A model generated the notes under the pieces. The model was given only the letters and a program-made list of their open reading frames with translations. It did not search any database and was not told the origin of the DNA. Below, piece by piece: positions 19,964 through 30,688 of a DNA stretch of 64,000 nt. Position 1 is the stretch's first letter. Each line of letters starts with the position of its first letter. A program made the translations under genes and the position numbers. The stretch covers positions 58,837-122,836 of the forward strand of contig JBJHCF010000007.1 in the NCBI GenBank assembly GCA_050506795.1. Reading direction: 5' to 3'. The stretch is from Opitutia bacterium (lineage in GTDB: Bacteria; Verrucomicrobiota; Verrucomicrobiia; Opitutales; T3Sed10-336).

Positions 19964-21313
19964 ATGAAGATTCTGATCGTCGGCGCCGGAGAGGTGGGTC
20001 GTTACCTGTGTGAAATCCTCAGCGAGGAATACCACGACGTCACCGTCATCGAAAACGATCAGGCGCTGGGCGACCAGGTCGACGAGGAGCTGAACGTTCG
20101 GGTGATCAAGGGCAACGGCAGCTCTGCCGAAGTCCTGCGGCAAGCCGGCGCGGATCAGTGCGATTATTTTCTGGCAATGACCAGCGACGACAAAACCAAT
20201 CTCATCTCCTGTTCGCTGGCCAAAGCCCTCGGCGCCGCCACCACCATCGCCCGTATTCACGACCAGACCTACTCGGACAACTCCATCATCAATTATCAGA
20301 GCCACTTCGGAATCGATTACCTGCTCAATCCCGAAGCGCTGGCCGCCGTCGAGCTGGCCAAAAAAATCCGCAATCCCGGCCGTGTGGCGGTGGAAAATCT
20401 GGCCCGCGGTCAGATCGAGGTCCAACAGTTCCGCGTGAAAGCCAAAGCACGGGTCCTGGGCAAAAAGCTGGCCGAACTCAAACTCGATCCCCGCGTCCGC
20501 ATCGGATACGTTCAGCGAGGCGACGAACAGCAGGTGGCCAACGCCCAAACCATCCTGGAGGAAAACGATTACGTGACCCTCTTCGGCCCCTCCCAAACGC
20601 TTTTCGAAATCAAGCCCCTCTTCGACCCGGACTCCGTTTCCGAAACCGTGCGCATCGTCCTTTATGGCGGCGGCGAAGCCTCCATCGCCCTGATCCGGCT
20701 CCTCACCCATCCCCGCTTCAAGATCCGTATCCTGGAGGAGAACAAAGCGCAGTGCCGGTTCCTGGCGGAGAAATTCCCCAAAGTCACAGTCATCCAGGGC
20801 GACGCCACCTCGCTTCGCCTCCTGGAGGAGGAGCAAATCGGCAGCGCCGACTACTTCATCGCCCTGACCAAAGAGGACGAAGACAACGTCATGACCTGTC
20901 TCCAGGCCTCCAAACTGGGCGCCCAACACACCATGCTCCTGGTTAACCGCGCCGATTACATCGAAGTCCTGGAGAGACTCAAGGGAACCCTCGGAGTCGA
21001 AATGGTGGTTTCACCGCGAATCGCCACCGCCAATGAGGTGCTGCGTTACAGCAGCCGCGAGCCCTATATCGAACTGGCCAAGCTGGCCAACGATTGCGGG
21101 CGCATCGTGGAAATCAAGGTGGGCCCCAAAAGCCCCTGTGTGGGCAAAAAGCTCAGGGAGATTGAATGGCCCGGAGACTGCGTGATCGTCGCTTTCATTC
21201 ACAAATCGGAAACCAAAGTGCCCGGAGCCGACGACGCCATCCTGGCCGGCGCCCGCATCGTCGCCATCGTTCGCAAGGAGAATATCCGCAGCCTGGTCAA
21301 GATGCTCAAATAA
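19964..21313 (+). CDS. trkA: Trk potassium uptake NAD-binding subunit TrkA
   Basis: MKILIVGAGEVG, two RCK_N/RCK_C pairs, GDATS..LEEEQI, EDN. Confidence 0.95.
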   Translation: MKILIVGAGEVGRYLCEILSEEYHDVTVIENDQALGDQVDEELNVRVIKGNGSSAEVLRQAGADQCDYFLAMTSDDKTNLISCSLAKALGAATTIARIHDQTYSDNSIINYQSHFGIDYLLNPEALAAVELAKKIRNPGRVAVENLARGQIEVQQFRVKAKARVLGKKLAELKLDPRVRIGYVQRGDEQQVANAQTILEENDYVTLFGPSQTLFEIKPLFDPDSVSETVRIVLYGGGEASIALIRLLTHPRFKIRILEENKAQCRFLAEKFPKVTVIQGDATSLRLLEEEQIGSADYFIALTKEDEDNVMTCLQASKLGAQHTMLLVNRADYIEVLERLKGTLGVEMVVSPRIATANEVLRYSSREPYIELAKLANDCGRIVEIKVGPKSPCVGKKLREIEWPGDCVIVAFIHKSETKVPGADDAILAGARIVAIVRKENIRSLVKMLK

Positions 21314-21328
21314 GGCCGCCGTCACACC

Positions 21329-22804
21329 ATGAATTACCGTTTCGTCTACCGGCTTCTCAGCTTCATCCTCGGCGCCCTGGGGATCGCGTTCCTGGCTTGT
21401 CTTGGAGTGGCGTTCCTCCACCGCGGAGAACCCCTGGAGGAAACCGCCATCACCGGTTTCCAGATCAGTGCCGTCATCGCTTTCGTCGCCGGAGCCTTGT
21501 TCTATCTCGCCAGCCGGGGCGCCCCCAGTCGCATTTTCCGCAAGGAAGCCCTGTGTCTGGTGGGGATAGGATGGATACTCGCCTCCCTCATCGGCGCCCT
21601 GCCATATTATGTCATCCTGGAGGACTGCACCGTCACCGACGCCATTTTCGAATCGACTTCGGGCATGACCACCACCGGTGCATCCACCTTCACCAACCTG
21701 GAGGAAATGCCACGCAGCCTCCTGTTCTGGCGACAGCTCAGTCAATGGATCGGGGGCATTGGAATCGTCGTTTTCTTCGTGGCCATCCTGGGCTACCTCG
21801 GAGCGGGTGGGAAAATCCTCTTCAGTAACGAATCCACCGCCAAGACCGCGGACTTCGACCAGGGGCGGGTGCAGAGCGGAGTCATCCGTCTGTTCCTTTT
21901 GTACCTGACCCTTTCCGCAGCCTGCTGTATCTGCCTGCGGGCGGCGGGCATGGACTGGTTCGACGCCGTCTGCCACACCTTCAGCACCGTGGCCACCGGC
22001 GGGTTCAGCACCCGGTCCGACAGTATCGCCGCCTTCGACTCCGCCGCTATCGAGTGGGTGATGATCGTGTTCATGATTCTCGGCAGCGTCAGCTTTTTCT
22101 TCTTTCTCACGTTGCTGCGACGCGACTGGAGGCAAGCCATGCGCAATACCGAAGTCTTCGCCTACCTGACTATCCTCATGGTTTCCGCCGCCGCTTTGAG
22201 CGCAGTGCTCCTAATCGACGGGTCCGAAGAAAACGTTCACGGAACCTTGCGGGCCGCAGCTTTTCAAGTCGTTTCCATTGCCAGCACCAGCGGGTTCACC
22301 ACCGCCGACTACAACCAATGGCCGGTTTTCGGACGCGCTTTGTTGCTTGCCCTGATGCTTATCGGCGGCTGCGCCTCCTCAACCGCCGGCGGCGCCAAAG
22401 TCATACGGGTCGTCGTCGCGCTGCGCATTTGTCTAACCAGCGTCGAAAAAGCATTCCGCACCCGGGTGGTGCGCACGGTCATGGCCAACGGAAAACCGAT
22501 CGATCAAGGCACCCGCGAGAATATTCTCCTCTATATGACCTTGCTGGTCTTGCTCCTGCTGGGAGCCATTCCCGTCTTCGCGCTGTTCGAACCCGGCCAC
22601 ACTCTGGAAGGTTGCATCTCCGTGGTCATTTCCTGCCTGTTCAATGTCGGTCCCGGCTTCGCCGAGATCGGCCCCACCGAAACCTACGGAGAAGTCGGAG
22701 GGCCCGCCAAAATCCTGCTGTCGCTCCTCATGATCATGGGCCGTATCGAACTCTTCGCCATCCTGGTGCTGTTCTCTCCGGCACTGTGGAGGAAACTCTC
22801 CTGA
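21329..22804 (+). CDS. trkH: Trk potassium uptake membrane subunit TrkH
   Basis: FESTSGMTTTGA, QWIGGIG, TVATGGFS, GGCASSTAGG, NVGPG, MGRIE. Confidence 0.95.
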   Translation: MNYRFVYRLLSFILGALGIAFLACLGVAFLHRGEPLEETAITGFQISAVIAFVAGALFYLASRGAPSRIFRKEALCLVGIGWILASLIGALPYYVILEDCTVTDAIFESTSGMTTTGASTFTNLEEMPRSLLFWRQLSQWIGGIGIVVFFVAILGYLGAGGKILFSNESTAKTADFDQGRVQSGVIRLFLLYLTLSAACCICLRAAGMDWFDAVCHTFSTVATGGFSTRSDSIAAFDSAAIEWVMIVFMILGSVSFFFFLTLLRRDWRQAMRNTEVFAYLTILMVSAAALSAVLLIDGSEENVHGTLRAAAFQVVSIASTSGFTTADYNQWPVFGRALLLALMLIGGCASSTAGGAKVIRVVVALRICLTSVEKAFRTRVVRTVMANGKPIDQGTRENILLYMTLLVLLLLGAIPVFALFEPGHTLEGCISVVISCLFNVGPGFAEIGPTETYGEVGGPAKILLSLLMIMGRIELFAILVLFSPALWRKLS

Positions 22805-22950
22805 CGGCGATGCGTTCCCGTCACCGGCGACCGGCGCTGGACCTATAAGACGAATTAAATGCGATATATCCCGAACTTAACCGGGTCTTATCGATTAAGC
22901 AATTCCTGCGCACCATTGGGCAACCGACGCCAAGCTGGTCAGCTCCAAAA

Positions 22951-25900
22951 ATGGGATCATACGACGAAGCAGTCGCCATGATTCATAAACCAGAACTTCC
23001 CACGACCCCCGAGCGGGTCACTCTCGACGCCAATGATGCGGTCGCATCGGTCGCCTACCGGCTGAACGACGCTTTCGCTATTTACCCGATTACGCCTTCG
23101 ACGCCCATGGCGGAAGCCGCGGATCAATGGACGGCCCAGGACCGTCGCAACATCTGGGGGCAGATTCCCCAAGTGGTTGAAATGCAGTCCGAAGGCGGCG
23201 CCGCCGGCGCCTTGCACGGTTTGCTTCAATCGGGCGCCCTGGCATCCTCCTTCACCTCTTCCCAGGGGCTGCTGCTGATGATCCCCAATCTCTACAAGAT
23301 CGCCGGCGAACTCACTCCTTTCTGTCTGCACGTGGCCGCCCGCAGCCTCGCCACCCACGCCCTGTCTATCTTCGGCGACCATTCCGACGTCATGGCCTGC
23401 CGTCAGACCGGGTTCGCCCTGCTCTCCGCCGGTTCTCCCCAGGAAGCCCAGGACTTCGCCTGCATCGCCCAGACAGCCACTCTGAAAAGCCGCGTGCCTT
23501 TCCTTCATTTCTTCGACGGTTTCCGCACTTCGCACGAGGTCAACGCGGTGACACCGCTGAGCGACGACAACCTGCGCGCCATGATCGACTTTGCCGACGT
23601 GCTGGCGCACCGGAGCCGCGCGCTGACGCCGGACCGGCCCGTTTTGCGCGGCACCGCACAAAACCCCGATGTCTTTTTCCAGGCACGTGAAGCGGCCAAC
23701 CTTTACTACGACCAAACCGCGGAAATCGTCCAGCAAACCATGGAACGCTTCTCCGGTCTCACCGGACGCACCTACCGGCTTTTCGATTATGAGGGCGATC
23801 CCGAGGCGGAGAAAGTCGTCATCATCATGGGTTCGGGCGGGGAAACCGTTGCCGAGACCGTGGCCTGGATGCGAGAAAAGGGCGAGAAGGTCGGCGTCCT
23901 GCGGGTCCGCCTGTTCCGGCCGTTCTCGATCGAACATTTCATCCACGCCTTGCCGGAATCCGTCCGCGCCATCGCCGTGCTCGACCGCACCAAGGAACCG
24001 GGAGCGATCGGCGAGCCGCTCTATCAGGATGTGGTCACCGCCCTGCGCGAAGGCGCCGCCGACAGCCCTCTGGCCAAAGCCACCGTCATCGGCGGCCGGT
24101 ACGGACTCGGCTCCAAGGAGTTCACTCCGGCCATGGTCAAGGCCGTATTCGACCAACTCGACCAGGAATCGCCAAAAAACCACTTCTCGTTGGGCATTGT
24201 CGACGACGTCACGCATCGGTCACTGCCCTGGGACACCGAACTCGATATCGAATCTCCCGACGTCAACCGGGCGCTCTTCTACGGACTCGGCTCCGACGGC
24301 ACCGTGGGCGCCAACAAGAACACGGTGAAGATCATCGGAGAGGAAACCGACAACTACGCCCAGGGATATTTCGTCTACGACTCGAAAAAGTCGGGCGCAA
24401 TGACGATTTCCCACCTGAGATTCAGTCCTCGTCCCATCCGCGCGCCGTACCTGATCCGTACGGCGGACTTCGTCGCCTGTCACCATTTCCCCTTCCTGCG
24501 GCAATTCGACATCCTGCAGAGCGCGGCGCCCGGCGCCACCTTCCTGCTCAACGCACCGGGTGACCCGGACAAGGTCTGGGACCGGCTGCCCCGGGAGGTC
24601 CAGGAATCCATCGTCGAAAAAAAGCTCCGCCTGTACGCCATCGACGCCTACAAGGTTGCGCGCGAAGCCGGCATGGGCGGCCGCACAAACATCATCATGC
24701 AGGTTTGCTTCTTCGCCCTTTCCGGCGTCCTTCCCAGGGAAACCGCGCTGGAGAAGATCAAGGAGAGCATTGTCAAAACCTACGGATCCAAGGGCCAGAA
24801 GGTCGTGGAAAAGAATCTCGTCGCGGTGGATTCCACCCTGGCTTCCCTGCGTGAGATTTCCATTCCCGACGACCGGATCCAGGGGAAAAAGAGGCCGCCG
24901 GCCATTGCCGAGGAAGCACCCGAATTCCTCCAGCGGGTCACCGCGGTTATGATGGCCAACCGCGGGGACCTCCTCCCGGTAAGCGTATTTCCGGTCGACG
25001 GCACCTGGCCGACCGCCACCTCCAAGTGGGAGCGGCGCAACCTGGCGACCCACATCCCGGTGTGGGATACGGACCTCTGCATCCAGTGCAACAAATGCGT
25101 CATGGCCTGCCCCCACGCCACCATCCGGGCCAAGTTCTTTCCGGAGTCCGAACTCGAGGGGGCTCCGGCCACCTTCAAGTCCACCGCCTTCCGGTCCCGC
25201 GACTTCCCCGACCACCTTTACAGTCTCCAGGTGGCGCCCGAAGACTGCACCGGTTGTGAGCTCTGCGTCCATGTTTGCCCGGCCAAAGACAAGGCCGATC
25301 CAAGCCGAAAAGCCATCAACATGGAGCCCCAGCCGGAACTGGTGGCGGCGGAACGTGAAAACTACGACTTCTTCCTGCAGATTAAGTCCCCCGACCGCAC
25401 CAAGGTGCCGGGCGACGTCAAACACAGCCAGTTTCTGGATCCGCTTTTCGAGTACTCCGGCGCCTGCGCCGGTTGCGGCGAAACACCCTACATCAAGCTG
25501 CTCACCCAGCTCTTCGGCGACCGCTCGGTCATCACCAACGCCACAGGCTGCTCCTCGATTTACGGCGGCAATCTTCCGACCACACCTTACACGGTCGATG
25601 GCGCCGGTCGCGGTCCGGCCTGGTCCAATTCCCTCTTCGAGGACAATGCCGAATTCGGCCTCGGTATAAGGGTGGGCATCGATCAAAGAGTTGCCGAGAT
25701 CCGCGACTTGTTACCGGATGTGGCCTCAGCCTTGGGAGACGACCTGGTAAAGGCGCTCCTCGATGCCGACCAAAGCACCGAAAGCGGCATCGCCAACCAG
25801 CGCGAACGGGTTGCCCAGGCCCGGGAACGGCTACGCGGAATCCCCGATGAAAAACGCGGTCGCATCGATCCGCTGCTGGACTACCTGGTGCGGAAAAACG

Positions 25901-26586
25901 TCTGGATTCTCGGCGGCGACGGATGGGCTTACGATATCGGCTACGGCGGACTCGACCACGTGTTGTCCACCGGCCGCGACGTCAATATCCTGGTGATGGA
26001 TACCGAGGTTTACTCCAACACCGGAGGCCAATGCTCCAAGTCCACCCCCATGGGCGCGGCCGCCAAGTTCTTCGTCAAGGGCAAACCGCTGCCCAAAAAG
26101 GATCTCGGACTCATCGCCATGACATACGGCTCGGTCTACGTCGCCCGCATCGCCATGGGGGCCAAAGACAGTCAGACCTTGCAGGCCTTGAAGGAGGCCG
26201 AATCCTTCCCGGGCCCGTCCCTGATTATCGCCTACAGTCACTGTATCGCCCACGGGTACAGCCTGTTCAATGGCATGGAACAGCAAAAACTCGCGGTCCA
26301 ATCTGGCGCCTGGCCGATCTTCCGGTACGACCCGCGCCGGAGCGATGCCGGACGGCACCCGCTCCAGCTCGACTCGCGCGCTCCGTCGATTCCGTTGACC
26401 GACTACACCGGGAACGAACTTCGATTCCGGGCCGCCGGCCGGAGCGATCCGGAACGGGCCGAACGGATGACCCAGGCGGCGCAGGCGCACGTCAAAGCGC
26501 ACTTCCGCCTCTACGAACAGCTGGCTGAATCCTCCTTCGGCATAATCCAGGAAAACCAGGGGAATGGTCAGGGCAAAACCACCTGA
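22951..26586 (+). CDS. nifJ: Pyruvate:ferredoxin/flavodoxin oxidoreductase
   Basis: YPITPS, MQSEGGAAG, DGFRTSHE, GGRYGL, two 4Fe-4S motifs (CIQCNKC..CP, CTGCELC..CP), GACAGCGE, GGDGWAYDIG; start may be 22978. Confidence 0.97.
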   Translation: MGSYDEAVAMIHKPELPTTPERVTLDANDAVASVAYRLNDAFAIYPITPSTPMAEAADQWTAQDRRNIWGQIPQVVEMQSEGGAAGALHGLLQSGALASSFTSSQGLLLMIPNLYKIAGELTPFCLHVAARSLATHALSIFGDHSDVMACRQTGFALLSAGSPQEAQDFACIAQTATLKSRVPFLHFFDGFRTSHEVNAVTPLSDDNLRAMIDFADVLAHRSRALTPDRPVLRGTAQNPDVFFQAREAANLYYDQTAEIVQQTMERFSGLTGRTYRLFDYEGDPEAEKVVIIMGSGGETVAETVAWMREKGEKVGVLRVRLFRPFSIEHFIHALPESVRAIAVLDRTKEPGAIGEPLYQDVVTALREGAADSPLAKATVIGGRYGLGSKEFTPAMVKAVFDQLDQESPKNHFSLGIVDDVTHRSLPWDTELDIESPDVNRALFYGLGSDGTVGANKNTVKIIGEETDNYAQGYFVYDSKKSGAMTISHLRFSPRPIRAPYLIRTADFVACHHFPFLRQFDILQSAAPGATFLLNAPGDPDKVWDRLPREVQESIVEKKLRLYAIDAYKVAREAGMGGRTNIIMQVCFFALSGVLPRETALEKIKESIVKTYGSKGQKVVEKNLVAVDSTLASLREISIPDDRIQGKKRPPAIAEEAPEFLQRVTAVMMANRGDLLPVSVFPVDGTWPTATSKWERRNLATHIPVWDTDLCIQCNKCVMACPHATIRAKFFPESELEGAPATFKSTAFRSRDFPDHLYSLQVAPEDCTGCELCVHVCPAKDKADPSRKAINMEPQPELVAAERENYDFFLQIKSPDRTKVPGDVKHSQFLDPLFEYSGACAGCGETPYIKLLTQLFGDRSVITNATGCSSIYGGNLPTTPYTVDGAGRGPAWSNSLFEDNAEFGLGIRVGIDQRVAEIRDLLPDVASALGDDLVKALLDADQSTESGIANQRERVAQARERLRGIPDEKRGRIDPLLDYLVRKNVWILGGDGWAYDIGYGGLDHVLSTGRDVNILVMDTEVYSNTGGQCSKSTPMGAAAKFFVKGKPLPKKDLGLIAMTYGSVYVARIAMGAKDSQTLQALKEAESFPGPSLIIAYSHCIAHGYSLFNGMEQQKLAVQSGAWPIFRYDPRRSDAGRHPLQLDSRAPSIPLTDYTGNELRFRAAGRSDPERAERMTQAAQAHVKAHFRLYEQLAESSFGIIQENQGNGQGKTT

Positions 26587-26641
26587 TCGCGCCCGCACGA
26601 ACGAACCAATAACTGAAATCAACCAAAAAAATCTTCGGAAA

Positions 26642-27634
26642 ATGAATCTTGAAACCGACTATCTCGGACTGAAACTGGCCCACCCGATTCTTCCCGGCGC
26701 CTCACCCCTGGTGGATAAAATCGACCGGGTGCGCCGTCTGGAAGATGCCGGAGCCCCGGCCATTGTCATGCACTCGCTCTTCGAGGAGCAGATCGAGTTC
26801 GACCAGAACGCTCGCCATTTCCACCGCGACCGTCACGAGGAATCGTTCGGTGAGGCGACGTCCTACTTTCCGGACGACGACGAATTCGCCCTCGGTCCCG
26901 ATGAATATCTCAAACAGATAGAACGGATCCGCGACGCCGTCTCGGTGCCGGTGATCGGTTCCCTCAACGGGGTACGCCTCGGCGGTTGGGTGGATTACGC
27001 CAACATGATTCAGAAGGCCGGCGCCGCCGCCCTGGAATTGAACATGTACTTTCTTCCGACCGACCCGTCCGAGTCGGCGGCGGATATCGAACGTCGCATG
27101 CTGGAGATCGTGCGAGCGGTGAAAGGCAATATCGACATTCCCCTGGCGGTAAAACTCTCGCCCTTTTTCTCGTCATTGCCCCACTTCGTTCAGGAACTGG
27201 AGGTCATCGGTGTGGACGGGATCGTTCTCTTCAACCGATTCTACCAACCCGACATCGACATCAACAGCCTGGAAGTCACTCCCAGCCTGGAACTGTCCCA
27301 CTCCTCCGAATTGCGGCAGCGCCTGCGATGGCTGGCCATCCTCTTCGGACAAACCAAAGCCACGTTGATCGCCAGCGGCGGGGTCCACAAAACCCAGGAC
27401 GTTATCAAAGCCATCATGGCCGGCGCCGGCGGGGTGCAGGTGGTCTCGTCCCTGCTGAAATTCGGTCCGGAACACTTGCAGACCCTGATCAAGGGATTCA
27501 CCTCCTGGATGGAGCAACGGGAATACGACTCCCTCCAGCGCCTGCGCGGCAGCATGAGCCTTCATCGCGCGCCCAACCCCGAAGCCCTGGAGCGGGCCAA
27601 TTACCTGCGCATGCTGCAGGTCTGGAGAACCTAG
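26642..27634 (+). CDS. Dihydroorotate dehydrogenase-like flavoprotein (nifJ-associated)
   Basis: L.T.YLGLKL..P, SLFEEQI, ALELN, VKLSPFF, LFNRFYQPDID, ASGGVH, ERANY. Confidence 0.88.
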   Translation: MNLETDYLGLKLAHPILPGASPLVDKIDRVRRLEDAGAPAIVMHSLFEEQIEFDQNARHFHRDRHEESFGEATSYFPDDDEFALGPDEYLKQIERIRDAVSVPVIGSLNGVRLGGWVDYANMIQKAGAAALELNMYFLPTDPSESAADIERRMLEIVRAVKGNIDIPLAVKLSPFFSSLPHFVQELEVIGVDGIVLFNRFYQPDIDINSLEVTPSLELSHSSELRQRLRWLAILFGQTKATLIASGGVHKTQDVIKAIMAGAGGVQVVSSLLKFGPEHLQTLIKGFTSWMEQREYDSLQRLRGSMSLHRAPNPEALERANYLRMLQVWRT

Positions 27635-27783
27635 CAACTTCCCATCAGGACCTACCATCCAACGACCGGACTTCCCGCGCGCGGCATGCCGGGAGGTCCG
27701 GTTCGCTTTGAATTTCTCTTACCCCCGTCCTTTTTCATTGATTCCCAGTCCTGCGATGGTTACACAAAATCAAACCGCGCAGC

Positions 27784-28434
27784 ATGCTTTCACCCGAAAA
27801 CAAAAAACGGTACATCCTGCAAATCCTCGCCGGAGAACGGTCTCAGAGCGACGTGGCCCGGGCCACCGGTTTCTCGCGGCAAGCGGTCTCCCAGTGGATC
27901 AAGCAGTACCGGTCCGAAGGTGAGGGAGGCATCCGCAAACGGCGCGGACGCCCCAAAATACGACGCTTGCCGGAAAACGATTCCGAACGCCTCAAAGCTA
28001 TCGTCACCTCCCAAACCCCCGCCGAAACCGGACTCGATAAAGCCTTCTCCGAATGGTCCTACGAAGCGGTAAGACGCCTGATCATTCGCGAAACCGGGGT
28101 CAAACTGACCTACCGGTTTGTGGCCGAGTACCTCGAAGAATGGGGAATGGACCACCCGATGGCCGGGAAGATTCCGGCTCAGTCACGAATCCGTCCGACG
28201 GACAAACCCGTTTCGTCACCACCCCCGAAAGTCGATTCCTCCCCACGAGTCGCGGAAGAGGACGAGGAATCCTTCTCCCTGGCCGAGTACGAATCGGGCA
28301 TCGCAGAGGCCCGAAAAAATCTCACCTCCCGCGTCTTCCCGGCTCACGGCCACCGCACCGGACGCCACGCGCGGCAGCGCTCCGCCCCCACCCGAAAGAA
28401 GCGCAAAGGAAAATCAAATCGTAAACGGCGTTGA
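27784..28434 (+). CDS. HTH + winged-helix protein resembling the IS630 transposase N-terminus, no DDE domain
   Basis: SQSDVARATGFSRQAVSQWIKQY..EG..G...GRP, then TP...G....W....V..LI.RETGV.L....V..YL.EWG; basic C-terminal tail. Confidence 0.7.
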   Translation: MLSPENKKRYILQILAGERSQSDVARATGFSRQAVSQWIKQYRSEGEGGIRKRRGRPKIRRLPENDSERLKAIVTSQTPAETGLDKAFSEWSYEAVRRLIIRETGVKLTYRFVAEYLEEWGMDHPMAGKIPAQSRIRPTDKPVSSPPPKVDSSPRVAEEDEESFSLAEYESGIAEARKNLTSRVFPAHGHRTGRHARQRSAPTRKKRKGKSNRKRR

Positions 28435-28453
28435 TGGGCCCCATTCCCCCAAT

Positions 28454-28819
28454 CTATTCCGGCCGCAGCACTCCGGCTTCTTCCCGGTGACGCGCCAGAA
28501 GGCTTCGACAGACCAATTCGCAAAGTTCAAAGACGCTGGGGTCTAAAATCCGATAATACACGAAATTCCCCTCTTTTCTCCGCGCCAGCAGCCCCGCCTG
28601 CACCAGTCCCTGCAGGTGACGCGAAGTGTTGGCCTGGTTCAAACCGCTTTCCGCCACCAAGGTTCCAACCGACTTCTCGCCTTCCATCAGGCACTGCACC
28701 AACCGCAGGCGCGCGGGTTCGCCCAATACCTTGAACCGCTCCGCCACCCGCTCCAGGAACCCGGACGGTAACGGCGCACTTTCCTTACGATCGCTTAGTG
28801 GCATGAGCTCGGTATCCAT
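28454..28819 (-). CDS. ArsR/SmtB-family transcriptional regulator
   Basis: FKVLGEPARLRLV, EKSVG, QANTSRHL, RRKEGNFVYY, LCELVC. Confidence 0.9.
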   Translation of the reverse strand: MDTELMPLSDRKESAPLPSGFLERVAERFKVLGEPARLRLVQCLMEGEKSVGTLVAESGLNQANTSRHLQGLVQAGLLARRKEGNFVYYRILDPSVFELCELVCRSLLARHREEAGVLRPE

Positions 28820-28870
28820 AAAACAGTATATGAGCATTCAGGAATTTTTCAATTTGGCAAGCCTTCCAAT

Positions 28871-30619
28871 TCAACTGACGACCTTAAACCCGCGAAGGCG
28901 GTTCAGTGCCGCGGCGATTTCATATCGCCTCGGTCGAGCCAAATTGCCGGGGTGCGCCTCGGGTCCGAAACGGGTCAGCCCGTCAACGGTTCGCTCCTCC
29001 AGCAGATCCTCCAGCCGGTCGAGCAGGCGCGGCAAATCGGGTCGATCCTCCGACAGCTCCCGCGCGGCCAGATGCAGGGCATGACCGATCGCCCGGAGCT
29101 GGCTCGGATCGGCCACCTGCTCGACGGCCCGCATGTCGATGGTGTCGCCGCCGAAGCGAATGCCGTCCACCCCTTCCGCGTCAATTTTGACCTTGCCGCG
29201 GCCCTTCAGGGGATTGATGGATCGCGGGTCGGGAACCCGCCCCCGCGGCAACCGAAAGGGTTCCGGCGCCCCGTAACCGCGCCGGCTGGGCAAGGCGCGC
29301 GCAATCTCTCTGGCCTCCCCGGTCACTTCCTCCGGCCGGTAATCGCGCATGCGTATCACGGTATCGGCTACTTCGAAATAGTCCCCGCACCCCCCCATCA
29401 CCAGGATGACCGACACGCCTTCCCGTTCGTACAGTTCCCGAATCCGGTCCAGGAGCGGGGTGATCGGCTCGCTTTCCCGGTTGACCAGACGCTGCATGCG
29501 GGCGTCGCGCAACATCAGGTTGGTGGCCGCCGTGTCCTCATCCACCAGCAGCAATCGGGATCCCGCTTCGAGGGCTTCCAGGATCGCCGCCGCCTGGCTG
29601 GTGCTGCCGGACGCCTCGTCGGTGGAAAAATCCACCGTCGACCGGCCGTTGGGCAATTCCCCGATCAACGACGAGAGGTCCACCTTTTCGATTCGCCTCC
29701 GGTCCTCCGCACGGATCTTTACCGCGTCGCCGCGAGCCACCACGTACTCCCGCCCGTCTCCGGGAATGTGCGGAAACACTCCAAATTCAATAGCCCGCAA
29801 CAGAGTCGATTTCCCGTGATACCCCCCGCCCACAATGAGAGTCACCCCTTCCGGGATTCCCATACCGGTGATCATTCCGTCCTCGCCCGTGTATCGGGAA
29901 TCCGGATTCGGCAATTCGAATTGAACACGCATCGATTCCGGCGAACGAAACCCGACCGCTTCCTCCGCCGCCATCGGCCGGTCGCTCACCCCGCTGGCCC
30001 GCGGCAGCACGGAGCCGTCGGCCACGAAGGCCGTCAGACCGCGTCTCGCCAGTTCCCCGCGAATACATTCCTGATTCTCGACGCAATAAACAAACGCGGC
30101 GCCTTCCTCAGCAAAATCCGGCCGCCAAACCAACGCCTCCCGTACCGCATCCAACAGGTCCCGGGTCAGCATCGTTTCCGCCTCGCGGCCGAGGATTCGC
30201 CGCCCGGCAGCGGGCAGCCCGACCTCCACACGGGCCTCCACCCAATCGGAACACACCCGCACCGCCGCGCGCTCCAGCACTTCCTGACGTCCGGCGTCGA
30301 CCTGCATCAGCCCGCTCTTGCCGATGCCACGATTCCCGCCACCGCAACGCCGCAACGCCGAACGGGCGCGCCGCGCGAGAAAATCCTCCAACGCGACGCG
30401 CCTGACCCGCGACGCGAACAGCTCCGGCGGCAGGGTCGCCGTCTCCGCCCCCAATCGAACGCGCATCTTGGACGGCGAAGCAAAGGGATCGCCCTGCACG
30501 TAATCCACAAAGAGTTCGCCGCCCTCAAACACGTAACGCCCTTGAAGGTCTTTGTAAGCCTTGTAACCGCGCCCGTCGATACGGCGCAACGTCGTTGCCA
30601 ATTGCTGAAGATCGCTCAT
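28871..30619 (-). CDS. ABC-ATPase-domain protein (predicted ATPase of ABC class)
   Basis: YKAYKDL, VQGDPFASPS, GGGYHGKSTLL, HIPGDGRE, ASGSTSQAA, DEDTAATN, RRYEIAAALNR. Confidence 0.88.
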   Translation of the reverse strand: MSDLQQLATTLRRIDGRGYKAYKDLQGRYVFEGGELFVDYVQGDPFASPSKMRVRLGAETATLPPELFASRVRRVALEDFLARRARSALRRCGGGNRGIGKSGLMQVDAGRQEVLERAAVRVCSDWVEARVEVGLPAAGRRILGREAETMLTRDLLDAVREALVWRPDFAEEGAAFVYCVENQECIRGELARRGLTAFVADGSVLPRASGVSDRPMAAEEAVGFRSPESMRVQFELPNPDSRYTGEDGMITGMGIPEGVTLIVGGGYHGKSTLLRAIEFGVFPHIPGDGREYVVARGDAVKIRAEDRRRIEKVDLSSLIGELPNGRSTVDFSTDEASGSTSQAAAILEALEAGSRLLLVDEDTAATNLMLRDARMQRLVNRESEPITPLLDRIRELYEREGVSVILVMGGCGDYFEVADTVIRMRDYRPEEVTGEAREIARALPSRRGYGAPEPFRLPRGRVPDPRSINPLKGRGKVKIDAEGVDGIRFGGDTIDMRAVEQVADPSQLRAIGHALHLAARELSEDRPDLPRLLDRLEDLLEERTVDGLTRFGPEAHPGNLARPRRYEIAAALNRLRGFKVVS

Positions 30620-30688
30620 GAAGAGCCCCACTGTCACGCGACCCCCGGCCCGCTGTCAATTTCCCGACCCGCAAGCGCCCCCCCCCAT

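Noticed and set aside
22951-27634. nifJ plus DHOD-like pairing as a novel system
   Set aside because: This gene pair is a recurrent, known arrangement in many bacteria
27700-28450. Intact IS630 element
   Set aside because: No DDE domain in any following frame and no terminal inverted repeats seen; reported instead as a derived HTH gene
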